Part shown: positions 6,374 to 15,145 of the stretch, piece after piece
Position numbering within the stretch: position 1 is the first letter of the stretch
Layout: each line of letters opens with the position of its first letter
Source: Candidatus Woesearchaeota archaeon
Lineage (GTDB): Archaea; Nanobdellota; Nanobdellia; Woesearchaeales; JAFGPW01
Assembly (NCBI GenBank): GCA_016935985.1
Contig: JAFGPW010000004.1
Span: forward strand, 152,752-216,751
Length of the DNA stretch: 64,000 nt
Reading direction: 5' to 3'
Notes under the pieces: generated by a model
The model's input: the letters and a program-made list of their open reading frames with translations, nothing else
What the model was told of the DNA's origin: nothing
Databases searched by the model: none
Made by a program: the position numbers and the translations under genes

Positions 6374-8614
6374 ATGCCTGAGATAGAGAGGAAGGAGATC
6401 GAGGATATCCTGAAGAAGTACCAGCGCAAGCTCGACGAGGATCTTGGCGAGGAGGAGGTGACCGCCGAAGTCAGGCCCGGGAGCTCCCGCGAGTACCGCC
6501 AGTTCAAGACCGAGATACTGCCGCCGCACATGACCGCCTATGAGACGCTGTGCAACCTCTCCGAGAGGATAATCAAGATACCCCCCGACAGGAGGAAGGA
6601 GGCGAGGCTCCTCGAGTCAATCGAGACCTGCCATCTCAACATCACGCCCACCGGCGTCACCACCTTCGCGATGGTCCTCCCGGTCCTCGTGCTCGTTCTC
6701 GGGTCCGGCATCTCCTTCCTCGTCTACGAGGAGGTCTTCTTCACCCTGTTCTTCGCGATTATCGCGGTCTCTCTCATCTTCCCGCTCTCGAACCTCCCTC
6801 ACACCCTCGCCGAGCGATGGCGGATGCGCGCCTCGAACGAGATGGTCCTCTCGATATTCTACATCGTGACGTACATGCGCCACACCTCGAACCTCGAGCG
6901 CGCCATCAACTTCGCGGCGGAGCACCTCAACGGCCCGCTCGCGCTCGACCTCAAGAAGGTCGTCTGGAACGTCGAGACCGAGAAGTACGAGTCGATCAAG
7001 GAGTCGCTCGACATGTACCTCGAGAGCTGGCGCAAGTACAACCTTGAGTTCATCGAGGCGTGCCACCTCATCGAGTCCTCGCTCTATGAGGGGTCGGAGG
7101 ACCGGCGCCTGCTGATGCTCGACAAGGCGCTCGCCGTCCTCCTCGAGGAGACGTACGAGAAGATGCTCCACTACGCGCAGAACCTCAAGAGCCCAATCAC
7201 GACGCTCCACATGCTGGGCATCATCCTGCCGGTGCTCGGCCTCGTCATCCTGCCGCTCGTCGTGAGCTTCATGGAGGGCGTCAGGTGGTACCACATCGCG
7301 ATGCTGTACGACGTCGCGCTCCCGGCGATCGTCTACTATATGGGGAAGAGCATCCTCGGGACGCGCCCCACCGGCTACGGCGAGGCGGACATATCGAAGC
7401 ACAGGCGCATGAAGAAGTACCGGGATATCCTCATCACCATCGCCGGCTTCGAGATCAGGCTCTCGCCGCTCTGGTTCGCTGTCATCATCTTCGCCGTGTT
7501 CTTCCTCCTCGGCCTCTCGCCCATCATGCTCAACGCGATGAACTGCAACTTCGACTACGTGGTCGCGTCGGAAGGCTCGAAGACCGTCTTCAAGACCGTC
7601 TTCTCCGACACGCCGCAGTGCGACGGCGTCGTCGAGCCGACGGCGACCTTCTACTTCCTCGGCTACCGCGAGGCCCAGAAGCCGGACGAGGAGTCAGGAG
7701 AGATACGGCCGATCGGCCCGTTCGGGTTCGGCGCCGCGGTCCTCTCGGTCTTCATCCCGGTGGCGCTGGGGATCGCCATTGGCTTCTATTACAAGAAGCG
7801 CTCGCAGAACCTGATCAAGATCAGGAAGGATGCCAAGCAGCTCGAGGACGAGTTCGCCTCAGCCCTCTTCCAGCTGGGCAACCGGCTCGGCGACGGGCTG
7901 CCTGCCGAGATCGCCTTCGACAAGGTGGCGGAGGTCATGGCCGACACCAAGTCCGGCGCGTTCTTCTCGATTGTCTCGGGCAACATCAAGAAGATGGGCG
8001 TCGGGGTCGAGCAGGCGATCTTCGACCCGCAGTTCGGGGCGATGAAGTACTACCCGTCGAACGTCATCGAGTCGAGCATGAAGGTGCTCATCGAGAGCAT
8101 CAAGAAAGGCCCGCAGATCGCGGCGCAGGCGCTCGTGAACGTATCGCAGTACATCAAGGAGATGCACCGCGTGGAGGAGCGGCTCAAGGACCTCCTCTCT
8201 GACATCATCTCGTCGATGAAGTCGCAGATCAGCTTCCTTACCCCAGTGATCGCAGGGATCGTCGTCGGCATCACGGCCATGGTCTCCGGCATCCTCGGCC
8301 AGCTCCAGATCCAGATGGCGCAGATCGCGGCCAAGACCGAAACCGGCGTGGGCTCGATCGTGTCGCTGTTCGGCGACGGGATCCCGACCTACTATTTCCA
8401 GGTCATCGTCGGCATCTATGTCGTCTCGCTCGTCTACATCCTGACCGTCATCACGAACGGCATCGAGAACGGGCAGGACAAGCTCAACGAGCGGTTCCTT
8501 CTCGGCAGGAACATGACCAAGAGCACGATGCTGTACACCGTCGTCTCGACGGTGATCATGCTGCTGTTCAACTTCATCTCCTCGCAGATACTCTCCGCGA
8601 CGCTCGCGCCATGA
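6374..8614 (+). CDS. FlaJ/TadC/PilC-like polytopic membrane platform protein (two T2SS-F-like domains), 746 aa
   Basis: Two repeated cytoplasmic helical domains, each followed by TM helix clusters. It lies immediately downstream of the ATPase, and a purine-rich SD-like stretch precedes the ATG. Confidence 0.75.
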   Translation: MPEIERKEIEDILKKYQRKLDEDLGEEEVTAEVRPGSSREYRQFKTEILPPHMTAYETLCNLSERIIKIPPDRRKEARLLESIETCHLNITPTGVTTFAMVLPVLVLVLGSGISFLVYEEVFFTLFFAIIAVSLIFPLSNLPHTLAERWRMRASNEMVLSIFYIVTYMRHTSNLERAINFAAEHLNGPLALDLKKVVWNVETEKYESIKESLDMYLESWRKYNLEFIEACHLIESSLYEGSEDRRLLMLDKALAVLLEETYEKMLHYAQNLKSPITTLHMLGIILPVLGLVILPLVVSFMEGVRWYHIAMLYDVALPAIVYYMGKSILGTRPTGYGEADISKHRRMKKYRDILITIAGFEIRLSPLWFAVIIFAVFFLLGLSPIMLNAMNCNFDYVVASEGSKTVFKTVFSDTPQCDGVVEPTATFYFLGYREAQKPDEESGEIRPIGPFGFGAAVLSVFIPVALGIAIGFYYKKRSQNLIKIRKDAKQLEDEFASALFQLGNRLGDGLPAEIAFDKVAEVMADTKSGAFFSIVSGNIKKMGVGVEQAIFDPQFGAMKYYPSNVIESSMKVLIESIKKGPQIAAQALVNVSQYIKEMHRVEERLKDLLSDIISSMKSQISFLTPVIAGIVVGITAMVSGILGQLQIQMAQIAAKTETGVGSIVSLFGDGIPTYYFQVIVGIYVVSLVYILTVITNGIENGQDKLNERFLLGRNMTKSTMLYTVVSTVIMLLFNFISSQILSATLAP

Positions 8615-8739
8615 GCAGGGGACGGGCGGCGGCAGGACGATAAGGAGGAAGGGGGAAACGGGGATGAGAACCGACGGTTCCGTCCGTTGAGACCGAAGGC
8701 CGGCATGCGCAGCACGCAGCCGACCGAAGAAGAAGGGAG

Positions 8740-8813
8740 TGGGAACGCGGGGATTTGAACCCCGGACCCCTACGTCTTCAGCGTAGTGCTCTCCCAGTCT
8801 GAGCTACGTTCCC
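8740..8813 (-). tRNA. tRNA-Phe (GAA)
   Basis: The reverse complement folds as a cloverleaf with acceptor GGGAACG/CGUUCCC, anticodon loop CUGAAGA, T-loop TTCAAAT and discriminator A. It is 74 nt long. Confidence 0.85.
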
Positions 8814-8846
8814 GGAAAGATGGAAAAGGGGTGGAAAGGGCGAGGC

Positions 8847-9278
8847 CTAGTCCTCGTCGGGGTCGTCGATGTCCTCCTCCTCGAGGTCAATGCCAGCATC
8901 GTCGTCCGGACCCTCATCCGGTTCGTCGGCAGGCGCAGGCTTCGACGCAGGAGCAGGCTTCACCGCCGGCGCGCCGGGGAGCGTCTCCTGCGCCTCGAGC
9001 ACCTCGATCTGACCGAACTTGCCGGTGCCGAGCTGCTTCTCGCCCTGCCACTCGCTCACATAACCATTCGTGATATGGACCTTGCAGCCGGGCTTCACGC
9101 GATCGATGTCGTCGTTCCAGAGCGTGAGCTTTATCTCGCCCGTCTCGTCCTTCGCGGTCGCGTTCGCCACGCGGCCGCTCTTCCCGAACTTCGAAAACTC
9201 GCGCACCTGGCCGACATCGGTCACCTCGACGATGATGTCGACGTTGCCCTGGCGCGCCTCGAGATCCTTGATTGCCAT
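8847..9278 (-). CDS. ssb: Single-OB-fold ssDNA-binding protein (SSB/RPA-like) with an acidic C-terminal tail
   Basis: The OB-fold region carries aromatic/basic ssDNA-contact residues, and the D/E-rich tail is DEPDEGPDDDAGIDLEEEDIDDPDED. A TATA-like box lies ~30 nt upstream. Confidence 0.65.
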   Translation of the reverse strand: MAIKDLEARQGNVDIIVEVTDVGQVREFSKFGKSGRVANATAKDETGEIKLTLWNDDIDRVKPGCKVHITNGYVSEWQGEKQLGTGKFGQIEVLEAQETLPGAPAVKPAPASKPAPADEPDEGPDDDAGIDLEEEDIDDPDED

Positions 9279-9327
9279 GGGTAATCCCTCCGTTTCTCGG
9301 CGATGGATTCGCTCATCATTTAAAAAA

Positions 9328-10833
9328 TTATTCCTTCATAAGCGCCGAGAAGGCGATGCCCCCTTCCAGGAGCCTGCCGAGGACCTCCGCGAGCTCCCTG
9401 GTCCTCACCCTTGCCTGCGCGGTCGTCTCGCGGTCCCGGACCGTCACGGTCCCGTCCTCGAGACCTTCGAAGTCGACGGTGACGCAGTAGGGGATGCCGA
9501 GCTCGTCGGCGCGGGCGTACCGCCTGCCGATGCTCCCTGAGCGGTCGAACTGGGCGACGAAGGCCTTCCTGAGGGTGCCGAAGACCTTCCGCGCCTCTGC
9601 GTCGAGCTTCCCCACGAGCGGGAAGACCGCGACCTTCGTGGGCGCGAGCTGGGGGTGGAAGCGCAAGACGATATTGCCCCGTTCCTTATCGTCGTCATAG
9701 GCCTCATAGAGGAACGCGAGCAGCGCGCGCTCGATGCCCTGCGAGGGCTCGGACGCGACATAGGGCCTGACCTTCTCGCGCGTCTCCTCGTCGAAGTAGG
9801 CGAGCTCCTTGCCCGAGAACTCGGCATGCCGGTCGAGGTCGAAGGTCGTCCGGTCGGCGTTGCCGTGGATCTCCTTCCAGCCGGACGGGAAGCGGTATTC
9901 TATGTCGAAGCAGGCCGCCGCATAATGGGCGAGCTCGTCCTTCGCGTGCTCCCGGAGCCTGAGGCTCTCCGGCCGGATGCCGTAATCGAGGAAGAACTGG
10001 CAGAATCCCGCGAGCCAGTAGGCGTGCCAGGGGCCCGCCTTCTTGCGCGCGACAAGCTCCTTGAAGGTGATCGTCTCCGCTTCCTTTGCCCCATCGAACA
10101 GGACCGCGACCGTGAGGTCGGCCACATCGGCAAGGAGCGGGCAGTCGTCCTTCTTTTTCCCGTCCACGAAGAACTCGATCTCGAACTGCTCGAACTCGCG
10201 GGAGCGGAAGAGGAAGTCCCGGGGGCTGATCTCGTTCCTGAAGGCCTTGCCGGTCTGGGCGATGCCGAACGGCAGCCTGACCCGAGCGGTGTCGAGCACC
10301 TGCTTGAAGTCGGTGAAGATGACCTGCGCGGTCTCGGGCCTGAGGTAGGCGACGCTTTTTGGGTCCTTCCCTGCGCCCACGTTCGTCTCGAACATGAGGT
10401 TGAAGGCTGCTCCTTTCGAGAGGGATTTATTGCATTTCGGGCAGGCGAGCCGCTCATTCTCGATGATATGGTCGATCCGCTCGATCGGGACGCCGTCGAC
10501 GTCCTTTCCGAGCACGTCAGCTATCAGCAGGTCTGCCCGGTACTTCTCCTTGCAGCCGGTGCAGACGAGCATGATGTCGTTGAATTTCTCGGTATGGCCG
10601 GAGGCCTCCCACACGCGCGGGTGGGTGATGATTGCGCCGTCGATGCCCACGATGTCCTCCCGCTCCCAGACGAATCGCTTCCAGAAGAGGCGCTTGATGT
10701 TGTTCTTGAGCTCGACACCTTGAGGTCCGAAGTCCCAGAAGCCCGCGAGCTTCCCGTATATCTCGGAGGAGGGATAGACAAGCCCTTTCTTCTTGGCGAA
10801 GGCCGCCATCTCCTCGATCGAGGGTTTTGCCAT
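9328..10833 (-). CDS. glyS: Glycyl-tRNA synthetase, archaeal/eukaryotic alpha2 type
   Basis: The WDFGPQGVELKNNI motif, class II motifs and an anticodon-binding C-terminal domain, ~500 aa. A TATA-like box (aatatata) lies ~30 nt upstream. Confidence 0.85.
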   Translation of the reverse strand: MAKPSIEEMAAFAKKKGLVYPSSEIYGKLAGFWDFGPQGVELKNNIKRLFWKRFVWEREDIVGIDGAIITHPRVWEASGHTEKFNDIMLVCTGCKEKYRADLLIADVLGKDVDGVPIERIDHIIENERLACPKCNKSLSKGAAFNLMFETNVGAGKDPKSVAYLRPETAQVIFTDFKQVLDTARVRLPFGIAQTGKAFRNEISPRDFLFRSREFEQFEIEFFVDGKKKDDCPLLADVADLTVAVLFDGAKEAETITFKELVARKKAGPWHAYWLAGFCQFFLDYGIRPESLRLREHAKDELAHYAAACFDIEYRFPSGWKEIHGNADRTTFDLDRHAEFSGKELAYFDEETREKVRPYVASEPSQGIERALLAFLYEAYDDDKERGNIVLRFHPQLAPTKVAVFPLVGKLDAEARKVFGTLRKAFVAQFDRSGSIGRRYARADELGIPYCVTVDFEGLEDGTVTVRDRETTAQARVRTRELAEVLGRLLEGGIAFSALMKE

Positions 10834-10982
10834 GGTAGGCTGCGTGTTTGCTGAGGGCTATATATTCTTTTCCCAAAGGGCGAGGGAGAGCGTGTGGATA
10901 AGGTTGTCCTAAAGTTTTATCACCATATAGGGACTACAAAATAGGAAGTTTTATATAGAAGATCTTCCTGCCCAACCCATCA

Positions 10983-11047
10983 GTATCTGTTCTCAACACC
11001 ACCCTCGTGCCAGGGTTCCCTGGAATCCTGGCACACCCCCTCTTTTC
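10983..11047 (+). ncRNA. Candidate small RNA: a TATA box (gttttatata at 10949-10958), then an 8-bp perfect hairpin GTGCCAGG(n12)CCTGGCAC, then a TCTTTT tract
   Basis: Seen in sequence only. It lies in the 300-nt glyS/PEP-protein intergenic region, and no homology was assessed. Confidence 0.2.
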
Positions 11048-11158
11048 TGCCGGATAACGCCCCAATCAGGCCGAAATACGGAAGATTAAAAAAGGCCGAT
11101 ACATCCCTGAATCCGAGCGGGGTGAACGGAGGGATATGCCAAAACAGCGGCTTTCCCC

Positions 11159-12706
11159 ATGAAAATGGCTGCAGAAAAGTGTTATACCGTCTATGACCAT
11201 TCATTCAACGCTAATATCCTCACTATAAACCTTCTCGTTCTCGGTTTCCATAAGAAGAAGCTCAGAACGACGCTTGGTGGTCATATAAAGGACAGTGTGA
11301 CTGAATTCTCGGAAGGAGAGGCCAGATGGAGCACCTCCGAGGTGCTCTGGGAGCGGCTCGCGAAGTCGGCGCTCTCCAAGGTCAAGAAGGACAAGCGCTA
11401 CTCGAAACGCATCGCAGCGACCGTCGATGAGGCAGGAGCCGAGATGCAGCGCATCTACAAGGAGTTCGTCAAGGTTGACATCGAGAAGGCGACGAGCCAG
11501 AAGATGCTCAATTATTACAAGAAGATCATCCATGCCCAGGAGAATCTCGGATTGGCCGTGATCGCCGTCAAGCTCCTCGATCCTGCTGGATCGCCGTTCG
11601 CCGATTTCCTCAAGGACCAGATAAAGCGGCAGAAGCGACGGCACCTGCGGCAGGGCACCATCGAGGAGCAGTACACGGCCCTAGTCAGGCCTGACGCAGC
11701 GGAATCCCTCATCCGCAAGGAGACAAAATCGATGCACCGGCTCGCGATCGCGGTCTGCAAGCAGAAGGAGCTCTACCGGAAGCTCCACTTCCTCAGGATC
11801 GACGACATCAACACGGTGCTCAACAAGAAGTACAAGAAGATCTACAAGCTGCTCGAGACCCACGCACACAGCTTCAAGTGGGTCCAGTACGGCTTCCAGG
11901 GGCCCTCGTTCGACAAGTACCATTATCTCATGGGCCTGAAGAAGATGGTGATGGGCTGCCATCCGAAGGACGAGCTCGCGCGCATCGAGGAGAGGGAGGA
12001 CAAGGCGAGGAAGCGGCAGAAGGCGCTCGAGAAGGAGCTCAGGCTCAGCGCCCAGCAGGAGGACCTCTTCGCTGCGGCGCGTGAGCTCAGCCATCTCAAG
12101 GAGTACGCGCAGCAGCTGTTCTACCTCTCGTTCTACATGGTCGACAAGATGCTCTGGGAGCTCTCGAGGAGGCACTCGCTCAGCCACCAGCAGGTGCGTA
12201 ACTGCACGATGCCTGAGGTCGAGCGGATGCTCACGAAGGAGGAGCATCCCGACCCTGCGGTTCTCGACCGGCGGCAGGATGGCTGCGTGCTCCTGATCGA
12301 GGACGAGAAGGGGAGCGTGCTATATGACAAGGAGGCCCGTGCCGCGCTCCGCGACCGCGGCTTCAAGACGAAGCCCCTGCGTCAGGCGAAAATCGTCCAG
12401 GGCACGACCGCGTACCAGGGCATGGTGAAGGGGAGGGCGAAGGTCATCAGGAGTCCGGCAGACCTCGAGAAGATCGAGGAAGGCGACATCGTCATCTGCC
12501 AGGCGACGACCCCTGAGTACCTGCCGTACCTGCGCCGTGCAGCCGCCTTCGTCACCGACAGCGACGGCCTGCAGTGCCACACCGCGCTGATGGCGAAGGA
12601 CCTCAAGAAGCCCTGCATCATCGCCGCCCAGAACGCGACGCAGATATTCGCGGACGACGACCTCGTCGAGGTCCATGGCGAGCAGGGGTTCGTCAAGAAG
12701 GCGTAG
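11159..12706 (+). CDS. PEP-utilizing enzyme mobile (swivel phosphohistidine) domain protein with a ~400-aa N-terminal region I cannot assign
   Basis: The C-terminal ~90 aa carries the TALMAKDLKKPCIIAA/GG..(C/S)H motif of PEP synthase/PPDK swivel domains. The N-terminus is K/E-rich and helical. Confidence 0.55.
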   Translation: MKMAAEKCYTVYDHSFNANILTINLLVLGFHKKKLRTTLGGHIKDSVTEFSEGEARWSTSEVLWERLAKSALSKVKKDKRYSKRIAATVDEAGAEMQRIYKEFVKVDIEKATSQKMLNYYKKIIHAQENLGLAVIAVKLLDPAGSPFADFLKDQIKRQKRRHLRQGTIEEQYTALVRPDAAESLIRKETKSMHRLAIAVCKQKELYRKLHFLRIDDINTVLNKKYKKIYKLLETHAHSFKWVQYGFQGPSFDKYHYLMGLKKMVMGCHPKDELARIEEREDKARKRQKALEKELRLSAQQEDLFAAARELSHLKEYAQQLFYLSFYMVDKMLWELSRRHSLSHQQVRNCTMPEVERMLTKEEHPDPAVLDRRQDGCVLLIEDEKGSVLYDKEARAALRDRGFKTKPLRQAKIVQGTTAYQGMVKGRAKVIRSPADLEKIEEGDIVICQATTPEYLPYLRRAAAFVTDSDGLQCHTALMAKDLKKPCIIAAQNATQIFADDDLVEVHGEQGFVKKA

Positions 12707-12712
12707 GGCAGG

Positions 12713-13936
12713 TCAGCGACGCTCCCTGAGCCAAGCGATCTCCTCTGAATCGAGGCCGTATTCCTCAGCGATCGCCACGGCCGCCACGGCGTCCTGCCTG
12801 CACACCGCCGCGAGGTAGGGCACCATATCCTGGATAACCCTTCTCGTCGAGCTGTGCGTGCCTGCCGCAATCTTCTCGGCGATCGACCGGCGCCTGAGGT
12901 AGCGCTGGTTCGCCTGCCAGATCTTCAGTGGCCGCATCGGCCGGCGATAGGAAGGGAAACCCTTATATTTCTCCTTCTTCGCGAGCGCGACCCCTACGGT
13001 CAGCAGCTCCCTGATGTAGACCAGGAACCGCCAGTGCTGCTGCCGGCGGATCCGGCCGCGGTAGACGTCGGCGCGCGAGAGCGCGTCGTAGGCGGCGGCG
13101 AGGTCTTCAGGCCTCCCGTATTCCCGCGGCAGGTTCTCGTCCAGCCACAGCAGGACCTCATCCAGGTCCTCGTCGGTGCTGTCGAGAGCCGCCCTCGCGA
13201 CCGCCTCATCGGTCGTCTTCAGGATGCGCATGATCGCCTGGGCGATGGGTTCGGTCTGGCGGCGTCCGCCGAGGAGCGCGAGGTCGCCAGCGGAGAACCG
13301 CCTCGTCTCCGACGATACGGTCTGGAGGTCGTTGATCGCGGCGCGGACATCCCCTCCGCTCGAGCGGGCGAGCGCAACAATCGCCGCATCGTCCGCCTCG
13401 ACCCCTTCCGCCAAGGCGATGCGGGAAAGGACCTTCGCGACGCTCTGGTAGGTAAGCGTCCTGAACTCGATGAGCTCGCACGTGGAGCGGAGGGACGAGA
13501 ACTTGCTGTCCCATATCTCGTTCGCAGTGAGGATGATGGGATGCGCGCTCGTGCGGATGAGCTTCGTGACCGCCGCGAGGCCGCCGCGGTCCTTCGTCCC
13601 TGAGAGGCCATCAATCTCGTCGAGCAGGATGAGCTTCCCCCTGAAGAAGAGCGACCGCTGGGAGAGGGCGGTCCCGACGCGCTCCCTGATCGCCGCCTCG
13701 TTGCGCACATCTGAGGCGTTCACCTCGAGGAGCTCGAGACCGAGGTCGCGGGAGATGGCGTGGACGGCGCACGTCTTCCCGCTGCCGGTGGGGCCGTACA
13801 GGAGCGCCGCCCGCTTCTTCTGGCTCCGGTAGCCGGTGAGGTACGCCTTCAGGCCTGCAATCGCTCTGTCATGACCCTGCACCTCTGCCAAGGTCTTCGG
13901 CGCGTACTTCCTGATCCAGGGAACGGTCGCCTGCAT
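12713..13936 (-). CDS. rfcL: Replication factor C large subunit
   Basis: N-terminal WIRKYAPKTL, Walker A GPTGSGKT, DEID(G) and sensor motifs, ~400 aa. Confidence 0.8.
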   Translation of the reverse strand: MQATVPWIRKYAPKTLAEVQGHDRAIAGLKAYLTGYRSQKKRAALLYGPTGSGKTCAVHAISRDLGLELLEVNASDVRNEAAIRERVGTALSQRSLFFRGKLILLDEIDGLSGTKDRGGLAAVTKLIRTSAHPIILTANEIWDSKFSSLRSTCELIEFRTLTYQSVAKVLSRIALAEGVEADDAAIVALARSSGGDVRAAINDLQTVSSETRRFSAGDLALLGGRRQTEPIAQAIMRILKTTDEAVARAALDSTDEDLDEVLLWLDENLPREYGRPEDLAAAYDALSRADVYRGRIRRQQHWRFLVYIRELLTVGVALAKKEKYKGFPSYRRPMRPLKIWQANQRYLRRRSIAEKIAAGTHSSTRRVIQDMVPYLAAVCRQDAVAAVAIAEEYGLDSEEIAWLRERR

Positions 13937-13938
13937 GG

Positions 13939-14898
13939 TCAGCCCCTCTCAGTCCCCTGGCCGCGGACGCCCGAGCGTCCCCTCATCGTCCGCCTCTTCG
14001 CCGTCCGCAGGCGCTCCGGCCTCGGGATGTCCTTCTTGTAGACGACCGTGCGGTACGGGAAGGGAATCTCGACCCCCTCACGATCGAAGCGCTCCTTGAT
14101 GCTCTTGCGCAGGTCGCACAGCATGGCGAATCCCTTCGCCGGCGTCTCCGCCCACGCCCAGGCGCGGAGGCTGATGGAGGAGTCGCCAAAGCCGATGACC
14201 CGTACCGGAACGATCGGTTCCCCCCTCCGCTTCTCCTCATCCGTCCGGTTGTCGATCAGGTCGGGATGCCGCCCGCACTCCTCACGCATGATCCGCATCG
14301 CGAGGTCGATGTCGGAGTCGTACGAGATGCCGATCTCCACGAACTTGCATATCTTCTCGTCCCCGATGTTGGAGTTCTCGATGACCTCCCGGTTGAGGAC
14401 CGCGTTCGGGATGATGATGCGCTTGTTCTCGAAGCTCTTGATGACCGTATGGCGCAGCGTGATGTCCTCTATCTTACCCGCAGGGTAGGTGCCGACCTGG
14501 ACCACGTCGCCCACGCGTATCGGCCTGAAGATCACGATGAAGACGCCCGAGACTATATTGGAGAACGCCTCCTGGCTCGCGAAACCGACGACGACCGCGA
14601 GGATGCCGGCGCCGGCGAAGACCGAGACCGAGAGCGTGCGGAGAGGGGGAATCACGTAGACCGCGAGCGAGAGGCCGAGGATGTAGGTGAGCGCGGAAAG
14701 GAAGTGGCGCATGAAGCGGTAGTGCGTCGGATCGACATGCATCTTGCGCGAGGCGCGCGTGAAGGACCGGTCGACGAGCTTCCGCACCACCTTCGCAGCG
14801 ATAATCGTCGCTATGATGATTAGCGCTATCACGATGATGCGTTCGAACGAGTCCAAGAAAAGGTCTCCGTAGTCGACAAGCGTGAGCATGCAAGCCAC
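13939..14898 (-). CDS. mscS: Small-conductance mechanosensitive channel (MscS family)
   Basis: Three N-terminal TM helices, then the conserved MscS beta domain (GDVVQVG..GKIEDITLRHTVIK..NKRIIIPNA). Confidence 0.8.
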   Translation of the reverse strand: MACMLTLVDYGDLFLDSFERIIVIALIIIATIIAAKVVRKLVDRSFTRASRKMHVDPTHYRFMRHFLSALTYILGLSLAVYVIPPLRTLSVSVFAGAGILAVVVGFASQEAFSNIVSGVFIVIFRPIRVGDVVQVGTYPAGKIEDITLRHTVIKSFENKRIIIPNAVLNREVIENSNIGDEKICKFVEIGISYDSDIDLAMRIMREECGRHPDLIDNRTDEEKRRGEPIVPVRVIGFGDSSISLRAWAWAETPAKGFAMLCDLRKSIKERFDREGVEIPFPYRTVVYKKDIPRPERLRTAKRRTMRGRSGVRGQGTERG

Positions 14899-15145
14899 CC
14901 CTTATTATACAGCGATGCGCGGATGGTTAATAAAGGTTATGCTGCTGAGCCATTTATTTTCAATATTGCAATCAATACAGGCAAAGTTTAAATACTTTCG
15001 GCTGTTTACTGCGGACCATGAGGCTCGCCAAGGACCACGTCACAGCAGTGGGTGTCGTCGTCGTAGCATGAGCCTGCTCGTTCTCTGGCGGTGCGGCACA
15101 GCGCTTCCTGACGCCTAAGGGCCCGCAAGGGAAGGGGTACAGCGT

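Noticed and set aside
10857-11158. SRP (7S) RNA or RNase P RNA in the 300-nt glyS upstream region
   Set aside because: No match to the conserved SRP helix-8 motif or RNase P P4 sequences by eye. The region is AT-poorer than promoters but lacks the extended GC-rich helices expected. Only the short hairpin candidate is retained.
10980-11204. A 74-aa minus-strand ORF in the glyS/PEP intergenic region
   Set aside because: No start-proximal promoter, W/F/P-rich odd composition, and it overlaps the hairpin/TATA elements. It is likely noncoding.
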